Shown piece after piece: positions 17,254 through 27,458 of a stretch of 40,687 nucleotides of DNA. The stretch's first letter is position 1. Each line of letters opens with the position of its first letter. A program made the translations under genes and the position numbers. The stretch is from the IMG/VR virus record IMGVR_UViG_2563366891_000016; one strand, given 5' to 3'. The DNA is from a virus. Lineage: Duplodnaviria > Heunggongvirae > Uroviricota > Caudoviricetes. Under the pieces are notes generated by a model that ran no database searches, was not told where the DNA came from, and saw nothing but the letters and a program-made list of their open reading frames with translations.

Positions 17254-17604
17254 ATGCCATCACGAATCCCAAAAGCCTGCCGTGTTCGTGGCTGCCGCCA
17301 TACCACCACAGACCCGTCAGGCTACTGCGAAAGCCACAAAAGCGAAGGCTGGAAGCAATACAAGCCAGGACAATCCCGTCATCAGCGCGGCTACGGTTCG
17401 AAATGGGATGCTATCCGTGAACGTGTACTGAAGCGTGACAAAGGCCTGTGTCAGTTATGTCTGCGTGTCGGTGTGGTGCGTGAGGCGAAAACCGTTGACC
17501 ACATCATCCCTAAAGCACATGGCGGCACTGATGCCGACAGTAATCTGCAGAGTCTGTGCTGGCCGTGCCACAAGGCGAAGACGGCCCGTGAACGGCTTAA
17601 GTGA
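17254..17604 (+). CDS. HNH endonuclease (terminase-associated)
   Basis: HNH/zinc motifs (CRVRGCRH, DHIIPKAHGG, CWPCH); positioned just upstream of the terminase genes, as in HK97. Confidence 0.75.
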   Translation: MPSRIPKACRVRGCRHTTTDPSGYCESHKSEGWKQYKPGQSRHQRGYGSKWDAIRERVLKRDKGLCQLCLRVGVVREAKTVDHIIPKAHGGTDADSNLQSLCWPCHKAKTARERLK

Positions 17605-17620
17605 TAATAATTCTCAACTT

Positions 17621-17690
17621 CCTGAGGGGAGGGGCGGGTCAAATCTCTGTGACCTGACGTCTTCCGGACTGCCCGCCCCATCGTTTTTTT
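17621..17690. other. Putative cos / packaging-initiation region
   Basis: GC-rich inverted repeat ggggcggg ... cccgcccc followed by a T-run, between the HNH and TerS genes where HK97-type cos lies. Confidence 0.3.
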
Positions 17691-17729
17691 ATACCCGCGA
17701 AAAATGAAATTTAACCAGGAGTGCCGCAT

Positions 17730-18224
17730 ATGGCTGGAACGGCGGGGCGTTCCGGGCGTCGCCCCAAGCCAACGGCGCGCAAGGCGCTGGCCGGAAACCC
17801 CGGCAAGCGAGCCCTGAATAAAGATGAACCTGTTTTTACGCCCATCAAAGGTGTTGAGCCACCGGAGTGGTTCGCTGAAGAAGATCTCCCTCTCGCTACG
17901 ATCATGTGGCAACTGACAACTAAAGAACTCTGCGGTCAGGGCCTGCTGTGCGTGACTGACCTCGCGGTGCTTGAGCGGTGGTGCGTGGCCTACGAGTTCT
18001 GGCGACGTGCCGTGAAAAATATTGCCAGACAGGGCAACACCATCACCGGTGCAATGGGCGGTATGGTCAAAAATCCGGAGCTGACCGCCAAAAAAGAACA
18101 GGAGTCCGAGATGAGCAGCACGGGGGCAATGCTCGGACTCGACCCCAGCAGCCGCCAGCGTCTGATTGGCCTGGCGGGGCAGAAGAAAGCCACTAACCCG
18201 TTTCTGAAAATCATCGAATCATGA
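17730..18224 (+). CDS. Terminase small subunit (P27/HK97 gp1-like)
   Basis: AGGAG RBS 8 nt before ATG 17730; directly upstream of and overlapping the large terminase. Confidence 0.65.
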   Translation: MAGTAGRSGRRPKPTARKALAGNPGKRALNKDEPVFTPIKGVEPPEWFAEEDLPLATIMWQLTTKELCGQGLLCVTDLAVLERWCVAYEFWRRAVKNIARQGNTITGAMGGMVKNPELTAKKEQESEMSSTGAMLGLDPSSRQRLIGLAGQKKATNPFLKIIES

Positions 18225-19954
18225 GCCGGAAATCTTACCCCAACGTAAATGCTGCCAATCAGTATGCCCGTGATGTCGTGCGCGGAAAGATTGTGGCCTG
18301 CCAGTTTGTGATTCAGGCCTGCCAGCGCCATCTTGATGACCTGATGGCGGAAAAAAGTAAGTCGTTTCGTTACCGCTTCGACAAGGACCTGGCTGAACGG
18401 GCCGCGAAATTTATTCAGCTGTTGCCGCACACCAAGGGTGAGTGGGCATTCAAACGGATGCCCATCACGCTGGAGCCGTGGCAGCTATTTGTGATCTGCT
18501 GTGCGTTTGGCTGGGTCAATAAAGGCACCCGGTTGCGCCGCTTCCGGGAGGTGTATACCGAAATCCCCCGTAAGAACGGCAAATCAGCAATCTCTGCCGG
18601 TGTTGCCCTGTATTGTTTTGCCTGTGATAACGAGTTTGGCGCGGAAGTGTATTCCGGTGCCACGACAGAGAAACAGGCGTGGGAAGTCTTTCGCCCGGCG
18701 CGACTGATGTGTAAACGCACACCCATGCTGACGGAAGCGTTCGGGATTGAGGTTAACGCTTCAAACATGAACCGTCCGGAGGATGGCGCGCGGTTTGAAC
18801 CGCTGATCGGTAACCCCGGTGATGGTTCATCACCCCACTGTGCGGTGGTGGATGAATATCACGAGCACGCCACCGATGCGCTTTACACCACGATGCTTAC
18901 CGGGATGGGGGCGCGACGTCAGCCACTGATGTGGGCCATCACCACCGCCGGGTACAACATTGAGGGGCCGTGCTACGACAAGCGGCGGGAAGTCATCGAG
19001 ATGCTCAACGGCTCGGTGCCTAACGATGAACTGTTCGGGATCATCTATACCGTTGACGAAGGTGACGACTGGACCGACCCGCAGGTGCTGGAAAAAGCCA
19101 ATCCAAATATTGGCGTGTCGGTTTATCGCGAATTTTTGTTAAGTCAGCAGCAGCGTGCGAAAAATAACGCCCGCCTGGCAAACGTCTTTAAAACAAAACA
19201 CCTCAATATCTGGGTGTCGGCGCGTTCGGCTTATTTCAATCTGGTGAGCTGGCAGAGCTGCGAGGATAAATCACTGACCCTTGAGCAGTTCGAGGGGCAA
19301 CCGTGCATTCTGGCCTTTGACCTGGCGCGTAAGCTGGATATGAACAGCATGGCGCGACTTTATACCCGCGAGATTGACGGTAAAACGCATTACTACAGTG
19401 TGGCCCCGCGCTTCTGGGTACCGTATGACACGGTGTACAGCGTCGAGAAAAATGAAGATCGCCGGACAGCCGAACGCTTTCAGAAATGGGTGGAAATGGG
19501 CGTCCTGATCGTTACCGATGGTGCAGAGGTGGATTATCGCTACATCCTCGAAGAGGCCAAAGCGGCGAACAAAATCAGCCCGGTCAGTGAGTCACCCATC
19601 GACCCTTTCGGGGCGACCGGGCTGTCACATGACCTTGCTGATGAAGACCTGAATCCCGTTACTATCGTCCAGAACTTCGCCAATATGTCCGACCCGATGA
19701 AAGAGCTGGAAGCAGCGATTGAATCGGGGCGCTTTCATCATGACGGCAATCCCATCATGACCTGGTGTATCGGCAATGTGGTCGGCAAAAACATGCCTGG
19801 TAACGATGATTTAGTGAAGCCCGTCAAGGAGCAGGCGGAAAACAAAATCGATGGTGCGGTTGCACTGATTATGACGATCGGTCGGGCAATGCTCAAAGAA
19901 CCTGACGATTTCCTCTCATCTCTTGATCCGGACGATGATCTCTTAATTCTATGA
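18221..19954 (+). CDS. Terminase large subunit
   Basis: 577-aa protein in the conserved position between small terminase and portal; Walker A-like EIPRKNGKS and Walker B-like [10 protein letters not shown]. Confidence 0.85.
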   Translation: MSRKSYPNVNAANQYARDVVRGKIVACQFVIQACQRHLDDLMAEKSKSFRYRFDKDLAERAAKFIQLLPHTKGEWAFKRMPITLEPWQLFVICCAFGWVNKGTRLRRFREVYTEIPRKNGKSAISAGVALYCFACDNEFGAEVYSGATTEKQAWEVFRPARLMCKRTPMLTEAFGIEVNASNMNRPEDGARFEPLIGNPGDGSSPHCAVVDEYHEHATDALYTTMLTGMGARRQPLMWAITTAGYNIEGPCYDKRREVIEMLNGSVPNDELFGIIYTVDEGDDWTDPQVLEKANPNIGVSVYREFLLSQQQRAKNNARLANVFKTKHLNIWVSARSAYFNLVSWQSCEDKSLTLEQFEGQPCILAFDLARKLDMNSMARLYTREIDGKTHYYSVAPRFWVPYDTVYSVEKNEDRRTAERFQKWVEMGVLIVTDGAEVDYRYILEEAKAANKISPVSESPIDPFGATGLSHDLADEDLNPVTIVQNFANMSDPMKELEAAIESGRFHHDGNPIMTWCIGNVVGKNMPGNDDLVKPVKEQAENKIDGAVALIMTIGRAMLKEPDDFLSSLDPDDDLLIL

Positions 19955-20112
19955 AATCACTAATTGCTGATGTTATCGGGCTGGCTGGTTTTGGCCTGCT
20001 TACGTGCGGGGTTTACCTGCAGTTTGGTATGGCTCCGGCTCTGATTTTGTCCGGTGCTTTACTGCTGGTGGGCGCACTGGCTATGGCCAGAAGGGGGACG
20101 CGTGCTGCTTGA
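19951..20112 (+). CDS. Small hydrophobic membrane protein (53 aa), below the ORF-track cutoff
   Basis: ATG overlaps the terminase stop (ATGA); translation [53 protein letters not shown] has two predicted TM segments. Confidence 0.4.
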   Translation: MKSLIADVIGLAGFGLLTCGVYLQFGMAPALILSGALLLVGALAMARRGTRAA

Positions 20113-21328
20113 TGCTCTGTTCAGAAGTAAATCACTGGAGAATCCTTCCACCCCGATAACCGGTGATGCCGTTGATACTGATGGGCTGTTCCGGGCAGAC
20201 GTTTATGTCAGTCCTGAGACTGCGATGAAACTGGCTGCGGTGTATTCCTGTATCTATGTCCTGTCTTCCAGCCTTGCCCAGATGCCGTTGCATGTTATGC
20301 GCAGGCACAAGGGGAAGGTTGAACCCGCACGCGATCATCCGGCGTTTTATCTGGTTCATGATGAGCCCAATACCTGGCAAACCAGCTACAAATGGCGCGA
20401 ACTGAAGCAACGTCACATCCTTGGCTGGGGGAATGGGTATACCTGGGTGAAACGTAATCGTCGCGGTGAAGTCATATCCCTGGATTGCTGTATGCCGTGG
20501 GAAACGACGCTGATGAATACTGGTGGCCGATATACCTACGGTTTGTACAACGAATATGGGGCGTTTGCGATCAGTCCGGACGATATGATCCACATCCGTG
20601 CGCTGGGTAATAATCAGAAGATGGGGCTGAGTCCGATTATGCAACATGCCGAAACAATAGGCATGGGGATGAGCGGTCAGAAGTACACAGAAAGCTTCTT
20701 CAGCGGTAATGCCCGTCCGGCGGGGATAGTATCCGTTAAAAGCGGACTCAATAAGGAAAGCTGGGGCTGGCTTAAAGATCAGTGGCAGAAGGCATCGCAG
20801 GCGTTACGCCGCCAGGAAAACAAAACCATGCTGCTGCCAGCCGATCTGGATTACAAGGCACTGACTGTGTCGCCAGTTGACGCTCAGATCATTGACATGA
20901 TGAAGCTGAACCGTTCAATGATCGCCGGTATTTTCAATATTCCTGCGCACATGATTAATGACCTCGAAAAAGCCACCTTCTCCAATATTTCTGCGCAGGC
21001 GATTCAGTTTGTCCGCTACACGATGATGCCGTGGGTGACGAACTGGGAGCAGGAGCTTAACCGTCGCTTGTTTACCCGCGCTGAGTTAGCCGCCGGGTAT
21101 TACGTCAGGTTCAATCTGACGGGGCTTTTACGCGGAACTCCGCAGGAGCGCGCGCAATTCTATCACTTCGCTATTACCGATGGATGGATGAGCCGTAATG
21201 AGGCCCGCGCATTCGAGGATATGAATCCGGTTGAAGGGCTGGATGAGATGCTGGTAAGCGTGAATGCTGCTAACCCGGCAGGAGATTTTAAGCCCCCAAA
21301 AAATGATGAGGGAAAAACCAATGAATGA
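20054..21328 (+). CDS. Portal protein (HK97 family); start may be GTG 20054 or GTG 20102
   Basis: About 410-424 aa in the conserved position after terminase; GTG 20102 has aaggggg RBS. Confidence 0.8.
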   Translation: MLYCWWAHWLWPEGGRVLLDALFRSKSLENPSTPITGDAVDTDGLFRADVYVSPETAMKLAAVYSCIYVLSSSLAQMPLHVMRRHKGKVEPARDHPAFYLVHDEPNTWQTSYKWRELKQRHILGWGNGYTWVKRNRRGEVISLDCCMPWETTLMNTGGRYTYGLYNEYGAFAISPDDMIHIRALGNNQKMGLSPIMQHAETIGMGMSGQKYTESFFSGNARPAGIVSVKSGLNKESWGWLKDQWQKASQALRRQENKTMLLPADLDYKALTVSPVDAQIIDMMKLNRSMIAGIFNIPAHMINDLEKATFSNISAQAIQFVRYTMMPWVTNWEQELNRRLFTRAELAAGYYVRFNLTGLLRGTPQERAQFYHFAITDGWMSRNEARAFEDMNPVEGLDEMLVSVNAANPAGDFKPPKNDEGKTNE

Positions 21329-21923
21329 CCGTGAAATCCGTTGTTACAGCGGTGAGGTGCGTGCTGAGAGGCATGACGATAACCCGGCGCACATTATCGG
21401 TTATGGATCGGTGTTTGACTGTCGTTCTGAGCTGATATTCGGTTCATTCCGCGAAATCATCCGGCCCGGCGCTTTTGACGATGTGCTTGGTGATGATGTA
21501 CGCGCACTGTTTAACCACGATCCTAATTTTATTCTTGGGCGTAGTGCAGCAGGCACGCTGAATCTTTCAGTTGATGAGCGCGGATTACGCTATGACATCC
21601 AGGCTCCGGAGACACAGACCATTCGTGATCTGGTGCTGGCCCCGATGCAACGTGGAGATATTAACCAGTCATCTTTCGCTTTCCGTGTCGCCCGTGACGG
21701 TGAGGAGTGGTATCAGGATGAGGATGGGGTTGTTATTCGCGAGATAACCCGCTTTTCCCGTCTGCTGGATGTCAGTCCTGTGACATATCCTGCCTATCAG
21801 GAGGCTGACTCGGCTGTTCGCTCCATGAAAGCATGGCAGGAGGCGCGCAACAGCGGCGCGCTACAGAAAGCCATTAATCAACGTATGGCGCGTGAACGCG
21901 TCCTGACCCTTCTTAACGCGTAA
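21321..21923 (+). CDS. Prohead maturation protease (HK97 family)
   Basis: ATG at 21321 overlaps the portal stop, RBS gaggga; 200-aa protein between portal and major capsid. Confidence 0.7.
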   Translation: MNDREIRCYSGEVRAERHDDNPAHIIGYGSVFDCRSELIFGSFREIIRPGAFDDVLGDDVRALFNHDPNFILGRSAAGTLNLSVDERGLRYDIQAPETQTIRDLVLAPMQRGDINQSSFAFRVARDGEEWYQDEDGVVIREITRFSRLLDVSPVTYPAYQEADSAVRSMKAWQEARNSGALQKAINQRMARERVLTLLNA

Positions 21924-21933
21924 AGGAAACATC

Positions 21934-23163
21934 ATGAAACTGCATGAACTGAAACAGAAACGTAATACTATCGCAACTGACATGCGCGCCCTGAATGAAA
22001 AAATTGGTGATAACGCATGGACGGAAGAGCAGCGCACTGAGTGGAACAAAGCAAAATCCGAACTGGAAGCGCTTGATGAACGAATTGCACGCGAAGAAGA
22101 ACTGCGTCGTCAGGATCAGGCGTACATTGAAAGCAATGAGGAAGAGCAGCGTCAGAATCTTGATCCGGAAAACAATCCGCAACAGGATGAGAAACGAGCT
22201 CAGGTTTTTGATAAGTGGATGCGTCACGGTGCCAGTGAGCTGACATCAGAAGAACGAAAGGCGTTGCGTGAACTTCGTGCTCAGGGTGTAGCTCAGGATG
22301 AAAAGGGCGGATATACCGTACCAGAAACATTCCTGGCGAAAGTTGTTGAGAAGATGAAATCCTACGGTGGCATCGCCAGTGTGGCGCAGATTCTGACCAC
22401 TTCTGACGGTCGCACTATGGAGTGGGCAACAGCTGATGGTACTTCCGAAGTTGGTGTTCTGCTGGGCGAAAATGAAGAAGCCGGTGAAGAAGACACCGAT
22501 TTCGGTATGGGAAGCCTTGGGGCGCTCAAAATGACATCGAAAATCATTCGTGTGTCTAATGAGTTGTTGCAGGACAGCGCGATCGATATGGAAGCTTATC
22601 TTGCCCGTCGCATTGCTGAACGTATTGGTCGTGGTGAAGCCCGTTATCTGATTCAGGGAACTGGTGCTGGTACGCCTAAACAACCCAAAGGGCTGGCAGC
22701 ATCAGTGACCGGCACAACACAGACTGCCGCGGCAAATGCGGTGAAATGGCAGGAAATTCTGGCTCTGAAACACAGCATTGATCCTGCATATCGTCGCGGA
22801 CCGAAATTCCGCCTGGCGTTTAACGATAATACGCTGAAACTGATCAGTGAGATGGAAGACGGTCAGGGACGCCCTTTATGGTTGCCGGATATTGTTGGTG
22901 TGGCACCTGCTTCAGTGTTGAATGTACCGTATGTCATTGATCAGGAAATTGATGATATCGGGGCGGGTAAAAAATTCATGTTCTGTGGTGACTTTGATCG
23001 CTTCATTATCCGTCGTGTGCGATACATGATTCTTAAACGTCTGGTTGAGCGTTACGCGGAATATGATCAGACCGGTTTTCTGGCCTTCCATCGTTTTGAC
23101 TGTATCCTGGAAGACACCTCTGCCATTAAAGCGCTGGTGGGGAAAGGTAGCGTTGGTGGTTGA
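21934..23163 (+). CDS. Major capsid protein (HK97 fold) with N-terminal delta/scaffold domain
   Basis: 409 aa with a coiled-coil N-terminus (MKLHELKQKRNTIATDMRALNEK...) and no separate scaffold gene. Confidence 0.85.
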   Translation: MKLHELKQKRNTIATDMRALNEKIGDNAWTEEQRTEWNKAKSELEALDERIAREEELRRQDQAYIESNEEEQRQNLDPENNPQQDEKRAQVFDKWMRHGASELTSEERKALRELRAQGVAQDEKGGYTVPETFLAKVVEKMKSYGGIASVAQILTTSDGRTMEWATADGTSEVGVLLGENEEAGEEDTDFGMGSLGALKMTSKIIRVSNELLQDSAIDMEAYLARRIAERIGRGEARYLIQGTGAGTPKQPKGLAASVTGTTQTAAANAVKWQEILALKHSIDPAYRRGPKFRLAFNDNTLKLISEMEDGQGRPLWLPDIVGVAPASVLNVPYVIDQEIDDIGAGKKFMFCGDFDRFIIRRVRYMILKRLVERYAEYDQTGFLAFHRFDCILEDTSAIKALVGKGSVGG

Positions 23164-23209
23164 TTAGTCTTTTTACGTAATACAGCACGCCGCGTAATGC
23201 GGTTTTTTT

Positions 23210-23231
23210 GTGCCCGCGTTCTGGCGGGCAC
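23210..23231 (+). terminator. Hairpin after the capsid gene (possible partial terminator)
   Basis: 8-bp stem gtgcccgc/gcgggcac immediately before the next RBS aggagg. Confidence 0.35.
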
Positions 23232-23241
23232 AGGAGGTTTT

Positions 23242-23565
23242 ATGCTGTTAAAAATGGAAGAGATTAAGCTTCAGCTTCGTCTGGATGATGATTTCTCTGA
23301 TGAAGATGAGTTGCTTGAACTGCTTGGGAAGGCCGCTCAGAGTCGGACGGAAAACTTCCTTAACCGTACGTTGTATGCAACCGCAGATGACAGGCCTGCG
23401 GATGATCCTGATGGGCTTGTGATATCTGATGATGTGAAGCTGGCGCTCCTGCTACTTGTCAGCCATTTCTACGAAAACCGCTCAACGGTTACAGACGTTG
23501 AGAAAATGGAGTTGCCAATGAGTTTTAACTGGTTGGTTGCTCCTTATCGCCTTATACCACTATGA
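23242..23565 (+). CDS. Head-tail connector protein (gp6-like)
   Basis: Acidic about 107-aa protein right after the capsid gene; AGGAGG RBS. Confidence 0.55.
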   Translation: MLLKMEEIKLQLRLDDDFSDEDELLELLGKAAQSRTENFLNRTLYATADDRPADDPDGLVISDDVKLALLLLVSHFYENRSTVTDVEKMELPMSFNWLVAPYRLIPL

Positions 23566-23972
23566 AAATTCGTCAGGCGCAGACCAGCGCAACCTACATT
23601 CTGCCGGACCCCGGCGAACTGAATAAACGTGTCCTGATCCGCCAGCGGGTGGATATGCCCGCGGATAACTTTGGCGTGGAGCCTCAATACCCGGTTGCGT
23701 TCCGGGCATGGGCGAAGGTTATCCAGACCAGTGCCACCACCTGGCAGGAAACCGCGCAGATCGGAGACGCCATCACCCATTACATCACCATTCGCTACCG
23801 CTGGGGGATCACTGCTGATTATGAGGTGGTCTGTGATGACAGTGTGTACCGGGTGAAACGTCAGCGTGATCTGAACGGGGCGCGGCGCTTTCTGCTGCTG
23901 GAGTGTACGGAACTGGGTGCCGAAGAACAAATGGGAGGACGCAGTGGATCAGACAGCATTTTTACACGTTGA
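23562..23972 (+). CDS. Head-tail adaptor / head closure protein
   Basis: ATGA overlap with upstream gene; position and size fit a head-tail joining protein. Confidence 0.5.
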   Translation: MKIRQAQTSATYILPDPGELNKRVLIRQRVDMPADNFGVEPQYPVAFRAWAKVIQTSATTWQETAQIGDAITHYITIRYRWGITADYEVVCDDSVYRVKRQRDLNGARRFLLLECTELGAEEQMGGRSGSDSIFTR

Positions 23973-24468
23973 TTTCAAACAACCGGAGGAGATGGAGTTT
24001 AACCGTGCCAGGCTCCGAAGGGCATTTGTTCAAATCGGGCGTGTCTATATGCGTGATGCCCGGCGGCTGGTGATGCGACGTGGTCGGTCTGCTCCAGGTG
24101 AAAACCCCGGCTATCAGACCGGACGACTTGCGCGTTCTATAGGTTATTACGTCCCCCGTAAAAGCTCCCGTCGTTCTGGCCTGATGGTCAGGATTTCCCC
24201 TAACCAGAAAAACGGGCAGGGTAACCGGCGTTTTCCTGAAGGTTCTGCGTATTATCCGGCGTTTCTGTATTACGGTGTGCGTCATGCCGCATACGGGATG
24301 AGCAAAAAGGATAAGCGCCAGAAAAAGCAGCATTCATCCCGCTGGCGGCTGGCACCACGTAATAACTTTATGGCTGATGTCATCGACCAGCGTCGTTACT
24401 GGACACAAAAGTTACTGTCCCGTGAGTTACAGCGGTCATTACGTCCTGTAAGAAGGAAAAAAACATGA
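23917..24468 (+). CDS. HK97 gp10-like neck/tail component
   Basis: GTG start overlapping the previous gene; basic 183-aa protein. Confidence 0.45.
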   Translation: MPKNKWEDAVDQTAFLHVDFKQPEEMEFNRARLRRAFVQIGRVYMRDARRLVMRRGRSAPGENPGYQTGRLARSIGYYVPRKSSRRSGLMVRISPNQKNGQGNRRFPEGSAYYPAFLYYGVRHAAYGMSKKDKRQKKQHSSRWRLAPRNNFMADVIDQRRYWTQKLLSRELQRSLRPVRRKKT

Positions 24469-25025
24469 AACTGACTCCTGTTATTGCTGCGCTGCGTGCC
24501 CGCTGCCCGTATTTTGAAAACCGGGTGGCAGGCGCGGCCCAGTTCAAAAATCTGCCGGAGGTCGGAAAGCTGAAACTCCCGGCGGCATATGTGGTACCGG
24601 GGGATGATTCTCCGGGAGAAAACAAAAGCCAGACCGACTACTGGCAGGAGCTGAAAGAGGGTTTCTCCGTGGTTGTCATACTGAGTAACGGGCGTGATGA
24701 GCGCGGTCAGTTTGCCTCGTATGATGTGGTGGACGATGTCCGGCAGATGCTCTTTAAGGCCCTGCTGGGCTGGAACCCGGAAGCGTGCGGTAACCCGATT
24801 ACCTATGACGGCGGCACGCTGCTGGATCTGAATCGTCATGAGCTGATTTATCAGTTCGATTTTTCGGTCATCAGCGAGCTGACTGAAGACGATACCCGCC
24901 AGCAGGATGACCTGAACAGTCTGGATGAACTGCAAACGCTGGCGATTGATGTTGATTATCTTGAGCCCGGTAACGGGCCTGACGGCGATATCGAACATCA
25001 CACCGAAATAACCCTTCCTTCCTGA
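24465..25025 (+). CDS. Tail terminator / tail completion protein (Mu gp37-like)
   Basis: 186-aa protein immediately upstream of the sheath/tube pair. Confidence 0.45.
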   Translation: MKLTPVIAALRARCPYFENRVAGAAQFKNLPEVGKLKLPAAYVVPGDDSPGENKSQTDYWQELKEGFSVVVILSNGRDERGQFASYDVVDDVRQMLFKALLGWNPEACGNPITYDGGTLLDLNRHELIYQFDFSVISELTEDDTRQQDDLNSLDELQTLAIDVDYLEPGNGPDGDIEHHTEITLPS

Positions 25026-25033
25026 GGATCCTC

Positions 25034-25204
25034 ATGTTTGTCAAACCTGTTAAAGGGCGGTCAGTTCCTGATCCTGCCCGCGGCGACCTTTTGCCCGCCG
25101 AAGGGCGAAATGTTGATGAGAACAACTACTGGCTGCGCCGTGAAGCAGCGGGTGATATCCGGCGCGTGAATAAAAAGGTGAACACCGATGACGATAAGCT
25201 TTAA
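25034..25204 (+). CDS. Small hypothetical protein (56 aa)
   Basis: ATG with gagga RBS in the gap before the sheath gene; overlaps the sheath start. Confidence 0.3.
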   Translation: MFVKPVKGRSVPDPARGDLLPAEGRNVDENNYWLRREAAGDIRRVNKKVNTDDDKL

Positions 25205-26684
25205 CACCATTCCGTCGAATACGCTGGTTCCGTTGTTTTATGCGGAAATGGATAACCAGGCGGCGAATACTGCACAGGACAGCCGAGCATCGCTGCTGAT
25301 TGGTCATGCCAATAACGGTGCAGAGATTGTTGCCAACAGTCTGGTACTGATGCCGTCGGCAGACTATGCACGCCAGATTTGTGGTGCGGGAAGTCAGCTG
25401 GCGCGTATGGTCGAGGCTTATCGCCAGACTGACCCGTTTGGCGAGCTGTATGTGATTGCCGTTCCGGAAGCCACAGGCGCGGCGGCAACGGTTACGCTGA
25501 CGGTGACCGGGGCAGCAACCGAAACCGGCACGGTGAATGTGTATGTGGGACGTACCCGCGTGCAGGCACCGGTGACCAACGGCGATAACGTCACGACGAT
25601 TGCCAGCAGTATCAAAGATGCCATCAATGCCGTTCCGGCCCTGCCGTTTACGGCCTCATCTTCGGCAGGCGTGGTCACACTGACCGCGCGTCATAAGGGG
25701 CTTTGCGGGAATGAAATTCCTGTCAGCCTCAATTACTACGGCTTTGGTGGGGGCGAAGTGCTGCCAGCGGGCGTACAGATTGCCGTGGCGACGGGTACCG
25801 CCGGAACGGGTGCTCCGGTTCTCACCGGCGCGGTGGCTGCAATGGCGGATGAGCCGTTTGATTATATCGGCCTGCCGTTCAACGACACGGCCTCCGTTAA
25901 CACGCTGGTGACCGAGATGAACGATACCAGCGGTCGCTGGAGCTATGCGCGTCAGCTGTATGGTCATGTGTATACGGCAAAGACCGGCACGCTGTCAGAA
26001 CTGGTGACCGCAGGTGACCAGTTTAACCAGCAGCACATTACCCTGGCGGGGTACGAAAAAGACACCCAGACGCCTGCCGACGAGCTGGCGGCAAGCCGTA
26101 CCGCCCGCGCAGCGGTGTTTATCCGCAACGATCCGGCACGTCCCACGCAGACCGGTGAGCTGGTGGGTATGCTGCCTGCGCCGAAGGGGAAACGGTTCAC
26201 GATGACCGAACAACAGACCCTGCTGTCTCATGGCGTGGCAACGGCGTATGTCGAAAGCGGGGTACTGCGCATTCAGCGTGATGTCACCACGTACAGGAAA
26301 AACGCTTACGGGGTTGCGGATAACAGCTACCTCGACAGCGAGACGCTGCATACCAGCGCGTATGTACTGCGCAAACTGAAATCCGTCATTACCAGTAAGT
26401 ACGGGCGTCACAAGCTTGCCAGTGACGGTACCCGCTTTGGTCCTGGTCAGGCGATTGTCACCCCGGCGGTGATCAAAGGGGAACTGCTGGCAACCTACCG
26501 TCAGCTCGAGCGTGCGGGGATCGTGGAAAACTACGAACTGTTCAAGCAGTACCTGGTTGTGGAGCGTGATGCCAGCGATCCGAACCGCCTGAACACGCTG
26601 TTCCCGCCTGACTATGTTAACCAGTTGCGTGTCTTTGCCGTGGTTAACCAGTTCCGTCTTCAGTATTCAGAGGAGTCTGCATAA
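25188..26684 (+). CDS. Contractile tail sheath protein (Mu L-like)
   Basis: 498-aa protein followed directly by a 118-aa tube protein. Confidence 0.8.
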   Translation: MTISFNTIPSNTLVPLFYAEMDNQAANTAQDSRASLLIGHANNGAEIVANSLVLMPSADYARQICGAGSQLARMVEAYRQTDPFGELYVIAVPEATGAAATVTLTVTGAATETGTVNVYVGRTRVQAPVTNGDNVTTIASSIKDAINAVPALPFTASSSAGVVTLTARHKGLCGNEIPVSLNYYGFGGGEVLPAGVQIAVATGTAGTGAPVLTGAVAAMADEPFDYIGLPFNDTASVNTLVTEMNDTSGRWSYARQLYGHVYTAKTGTLSELVTAGDQFNQQHITLAGYEKDTQTPADELAASRTARAAVFIRNDPARPTQTGELVGMLPAPKGKRFTMTEQQTLLSHGVATAYVESGVLRIQRDVTTYRKNAYGVADNSYLDSETLHTSAYVLRKLKSVITSKYGRHKLASDGTRFGPGQAIVTPAVIKGELLATYRQLERAGIVENYELFKQYLVVERDASDPNRLNTLFPPDYVNQLRVFAVVNQFRLQYSEESA

Positions 26685-27040
26685 TGGCCCGTATCGGGGG
26701 AACCTGTTATTTCAAAATTGACGGTCAGCAGCTATCGCTGACCGGCGGCATTGAGGTGCCCATGAACAGGACGGTCAATGATGACATCATCGGCCTGGAC
26801 GGCTCAGTGGACCGCAAGGAAACTCACCGTGCGCCTTATGTCAAAGGGACCTTCAAGGTGCCGAAGAATTTTCCGGTGAACAAAATCACCTCGTCTGATG
26901 AGATGACAATCACTGCCGAGCTGGCGAACGGTCAGGTCTATGTACTGTCGTCTGCCTGGCTGCACGGCGAAGCGAACCATAATGCCGAAGAAGGCACGGT
27001 TGATCTTGAGTTCCACGGTGAAGAAGGGGATTACCAGTAA
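26684..27040 (+). CDS. Tail tube protein (Mu M-like)
   Basis: 118 aa, ATG overlapping the sheath stop. Confidence 0.75.
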   Translation: MARIGGTCYFKIDGQQLSLTGGIEVPMNRTVNDDIIGLDGSVDRKETHRAPYVKGTFKVPKNFPVNKITSSDEMTITAELANGQVYVLSSAWLHGEANHNAEEGTVDLEFHGEEGDYQ

Positions 27041-27309
27041 TGAAAGAGCTTGAGTTAAAGAAACCGATTACCGCTCATGGCGAGACACTCTCCGTACTGG
27101 AGTTTGATGAGCCCACCGGGAAAGATGTCCGCGAGCTGGGATATCCCTACCAGATGAATCAGGATGAGTCCGTCAGACTTCTGGCGCATGTGGTATCGAA
27201 ATACATCGTGCGGCTGGCGAAAGTGCCGCAAAGCTCTGTCGACCAGATGTCTCCGGCAGACCTGAATGCAGCGGCGTGGCTTGTGGCCGGTTTTTTCCTC
27301 CAGGCCTGA
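27040..27309 (+). CDS. Tail assembly chaperone (short form)
   Basis: Between tube and tape-measure genes; contains a slippery heptamer near its 3' end. Confidence 0.65.
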   Translation: MKELELKKPITAHGETLSVLEFDEPTGKDVRELGYPYQMNQDESVRLLAHVVSKYIVRLAKVPQSSVDQMSPADLNAAAWLVAGFFLQA

Positions 27310-27458
27310 CGGCTGAATACCTCACTGATCGCTTCTTTGACTGCGCCAGCTACTGGCGCATTAATCCCTTCGAATTGCTGAATATGCCGATCAGTGAAAT
27401 TCCCTTGCTGGTCAGTCAGGCAAACAGGATAGAGCAGGAGAAACGCACACATGGCTGA
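27276..27458 (+). CDS. Tail assembly chaperone -1 frameshift extension
   Basis: -1 frame ORF overlapping the chaperone 3' end and ending just inside the tape-measure gene; slippery site T-TTT-TTC at 27291-27297. Confidence 0.55.
   Translation: MACGRFFPPGLTAEYLTDRFFDCASYWRINPFELLNMPISEIPLLVSQANRIEQEKRTHG

Noticed and set aside
20132-20647. 171-aa minus-strand ORF inside the portal gene
   Set aside because: Entirely antisense to a well-supported structural gene, no RBS, composition typical of an open GC-rich alternative frame.
21913-22330. Overlapping minus-strand ORFs (104 and 120 aa) at the 5' end of the capsid gene
   Set aside because: Antisense to the major capsid coding sequence with no translation signals; spurious.
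24396-25001. 201-aa minus-strand ORF antisense to the tail terminator gene
   Set aside because: Fully embedded antisense to a conserved tail gene, no start context; most likely a spurious ORF.
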